DNA from: a virus
Length of the DNA: 64,000 nt
Virus record (IMG/VR): IMGVR_UViG_3300045988_129927
Reading direction: 5' to 3' (one strand)
Under the pieces are notes generated by a model. The model had not been told where the DNA came from. It did no database searches and saw only the letters and a program-made list of their open reading frames with translations. A program made the translations under genes and the position numbers. Below are positions 62,872-64,000 of the stretch, in pieces. Position 1 is the first letter of the stretch. Every line of letters starts with the position of its first letter.

Positions 62872-62890
62872 AAATAGTATAGATTTGAAA
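62872..62890 (-). promoter_or_regulatory. promoter-like motif instance driving the ORF-less 62627..62871 region
   Basis: Plus strand reads AAATAGTATAGATTTGAAA. Confidence 0.45.
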
Positions 62891-62912
62891 TATTTTAGAA
62901 TATAGAAATAAT

Positions 62913-63128
62913 TCAAACGCTTTTACCTTTTAAGATTTGTAAGAAGAATGGGCCTTTAGCATTATAAGAATTACGGATAAGTTTAGGACAAGAATAATAT
63001 ATCTTATCAACATTATCTTGTTTTAGTTTATCTAAACTATTTCTTGTAAAGCGATTAGGGTGTTTATATTGAAATAGGTATTTCTTAATAACTATAACAA
63101 CAGGACTGTAGATGAAAGTATACTTCAT
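62913..63128 (-). CDS. small basic protein, paralog 3 of a tandem trio
   Basis: IKKYLFQYKHPNRF resembles the NKYFxxYKSKxRF motif of the two upstream genes. TAAATG junction with GGAGG RBS. Confidence 0.55.
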   Translation of the reverse strand: MKYTFIYSPVVIVIKKYLFQYKHPNRFTRNSLDKLKQDNVDKIYYSCPKLIRNSYNAKGPFFLQILKGKSV

Positions 63129-63500
63129 TTATTGACCTCCTTTATATAAAATAGGTAATTGCTTAATGGCTGATTGGTTGTTATTACGTACTGCACCAAT
63201 AACAATAGCATGATTTGGTTTAAACCCAGTAAAGAGTTTCTCACCTGTTGATGTTTTACTACCTTCGATATAACCCATATGGGTAAGGTTAAGACGAGAA
63301 CGGTCTACCCAATCATTGAAGAATTCTCTTTCGTAAGTATCTTCAAATGAGATATTTCTATCGAAATACCATTCTTTATATACCATTCGTTTAACTGCTG
63401 AGTATTCGAATCTTCTAAACCTTGTTTTAGATTTGTACTTACAAAAATATTTATTAAAATATTTTTCAACTTTACGTGCTAAACCACGACGGTATTTCAT
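63129..63500 (-). CDS. small basic protein, paralog 2 of a tandem trio
   Basis: FNKYFCKYKSKTRFRRFEYSAVKRMVY vs INKYFITYKSKARFNTFERLGFWQMIF. ATGA overlap with the upstream gene. Confidence 0.6.
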   Translation of the reverse strand: MKYRRGLARKVEKYFNKYFCKYKSKTRFRRFEYSAVKRMVYKEWYFDRNISFEDTYEREFFNDWVDRSRLNLTHMGYIEGSKTSTGEKLFTGFKPNHAIVIGAVRNNNQSAIKQLPILYKGGQ

Positions 63501-63769
63501 TTTGATTTCCTTTTTACTGTCTTTTTAGATTTTGGCTTTACTATCTTAACAGGTAATTTCTTACACGCTAAAGTATACCAGTAACCTTTCTCTTTAATGA
63601 TACTGGTAAATGACGTTTTGATTACATTCATGCCAAACGTATTATTGAAAATCATTTGCCAAAAACCTAATCTTTCAAATGTATTAAATCTTGCTTTAGA
63701 TTTATAAGTAATAAAATACTTATTAATCGTATTACGTAAGATAGGTGATATTTCACTATACTTATCCAT
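63497..63769 (-). CDS. small basic protein, paralog 1 of a tandem trio
   Basis: 90 aa, Lys-rich tail KPKSKKTVKRKSK. Confidence 0.6.
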   Translation of the reverse strand: MDKYSEISPILRNTINKYFITYKSKARFNTFERLGFWQMIFNNTFGMNVIKTSFTSIIKEKGYWYTLACKKLPVKIVKPKSKKTVKRKSK

Positions 63770-63784
63770 ATAGTATCCTTTAAA

Positions 63785-63817
63785 AATAAAGAGTAGGGAT
63801 AACCCCTACTCTTTATT
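63785..63817 (-). terminator. hairpin terminator after the right-edge gene
   Basis: Stem AATAAAGAGTAGGG/CCCTACTCTTTATT, 5-nt loop. Confidence 0.7.
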
Positions 63818-63829
63818 AATGTTTATGTT

Positions 63830-64000
63830 TTAATCTACATACTTCTCTAACCAAGGATAAGACATATGTGGTTCGTTATGTAAATAACGATATGCTGCAA
63901 TGATGATGTCACCATCAAGGTCGATATACTCTTCGTATTCTTCACCATTCTCATCTTCAGCAATAATCCATACATTATCCATATCGAAGTATAATGTTTC
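63830..64000 (-). CDS. C-terminal end of an acidic protein whose start lies beyond the right edge
   Basis: Own translation: ..TLYFDMDNVWIIAEDENGEEYEEYIDLDGDIIIAAYRYLHNEPHMSYPWLEKYVD, stop at 63830..63832, followed by hairpin 63785..63817. Confidence 0.5.
   Translation of the reverse strand, partial: ETLYFDMDNVWIIAEDENGEEYEEYIDLDGDIIIAAYRYLHNEPHMSYPWLEKYVD

Noticed and set aside
673-63817. The many similar intergenic hairpins as a CRISPR-like or MITE-like repeat system.
   Set aside because: They are inverted, not direct, repeats, and are spaced by whole genes. Each sits just after a stop codon. No regular repeat-spacer periodicity or terminal-inverted-repeat-plus-duplication structure is present.
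1-64000. Prophage or mobile-element borders, integrase, transposase, homing endonucleases, and tubulin (PhuZ) or shell-protein genes.
   Set aside because: No recombinase, HNH, GIY-YIG or LAGLIDADG motifs were seen in any ORF. No tubulin GGGTGS signature and no att-like long direct repeats were seen either. Absence within this window says nothing about the rest of the genome.

Overview
The window is visibly AT-rich, almost entirely coding, and read mainly from the minus strand. It looks like part of a large virulent tailed-phage genome, most plausibly a phiKZ-like jumbo phage of a Gram-negative host. No integrase, transposase, tRNA, rRNA or CRISPR array was seen.

Calls I can support from motifs:
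- type IA topoisomerase, cut by the left edge
- RuvC-like resolvase
- a roughly 758-aa major capsid protein of the phiKZ size class, with atypically GC-rich codons
- DnaB-like helicase
- SNF2-family helicase
- an i-spanin/o-spanin pair
- a DUF1874/AcrIII-1-like small protein inside a GC-rich islet
- a ThyA-family enzyme
- a thymidylate-kinase::MazG fusion
- a secreted SleB-type cell-wall hydrolase with a polycationic His/Lys linker

Weaker calls are a portal candidate, an RNA polymerase beta-like fragment, a CYTH-like domain, and a tail-fibre or receptor-binding module.

Much of the window is made of paralog families with no recognisable function:
- two polytopic membrane proteins
- a duplicated two-gene cassette of 560-590-aa proteins
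- an array of five or six proteins of about 510-535 aa around two fibre-tip-like genes
- three tandem small basic proteins

The non-coding DNA is highly organised:
- a 19-nt promoter-like motif recurs at least 11 times
- a family of long perfect hairpins acts as terminators
- a conserved TATAAAGGAA ribosome-binding context precedes many genes
- a roughly 50-60-bp palindrome-plus-hairpin element occurs twice
- a 3 x 16-bp tandem repeat sits upstream of one gene
- two ORF-poor loci (about 53.75-54.02 kb and 62.5-62.9 kb) look like small-RNA or micro-ORF genes with their own promoter and terminator

All identifications rest on motif recognition from memory. No database search, structure prediction or RNA folding was run.
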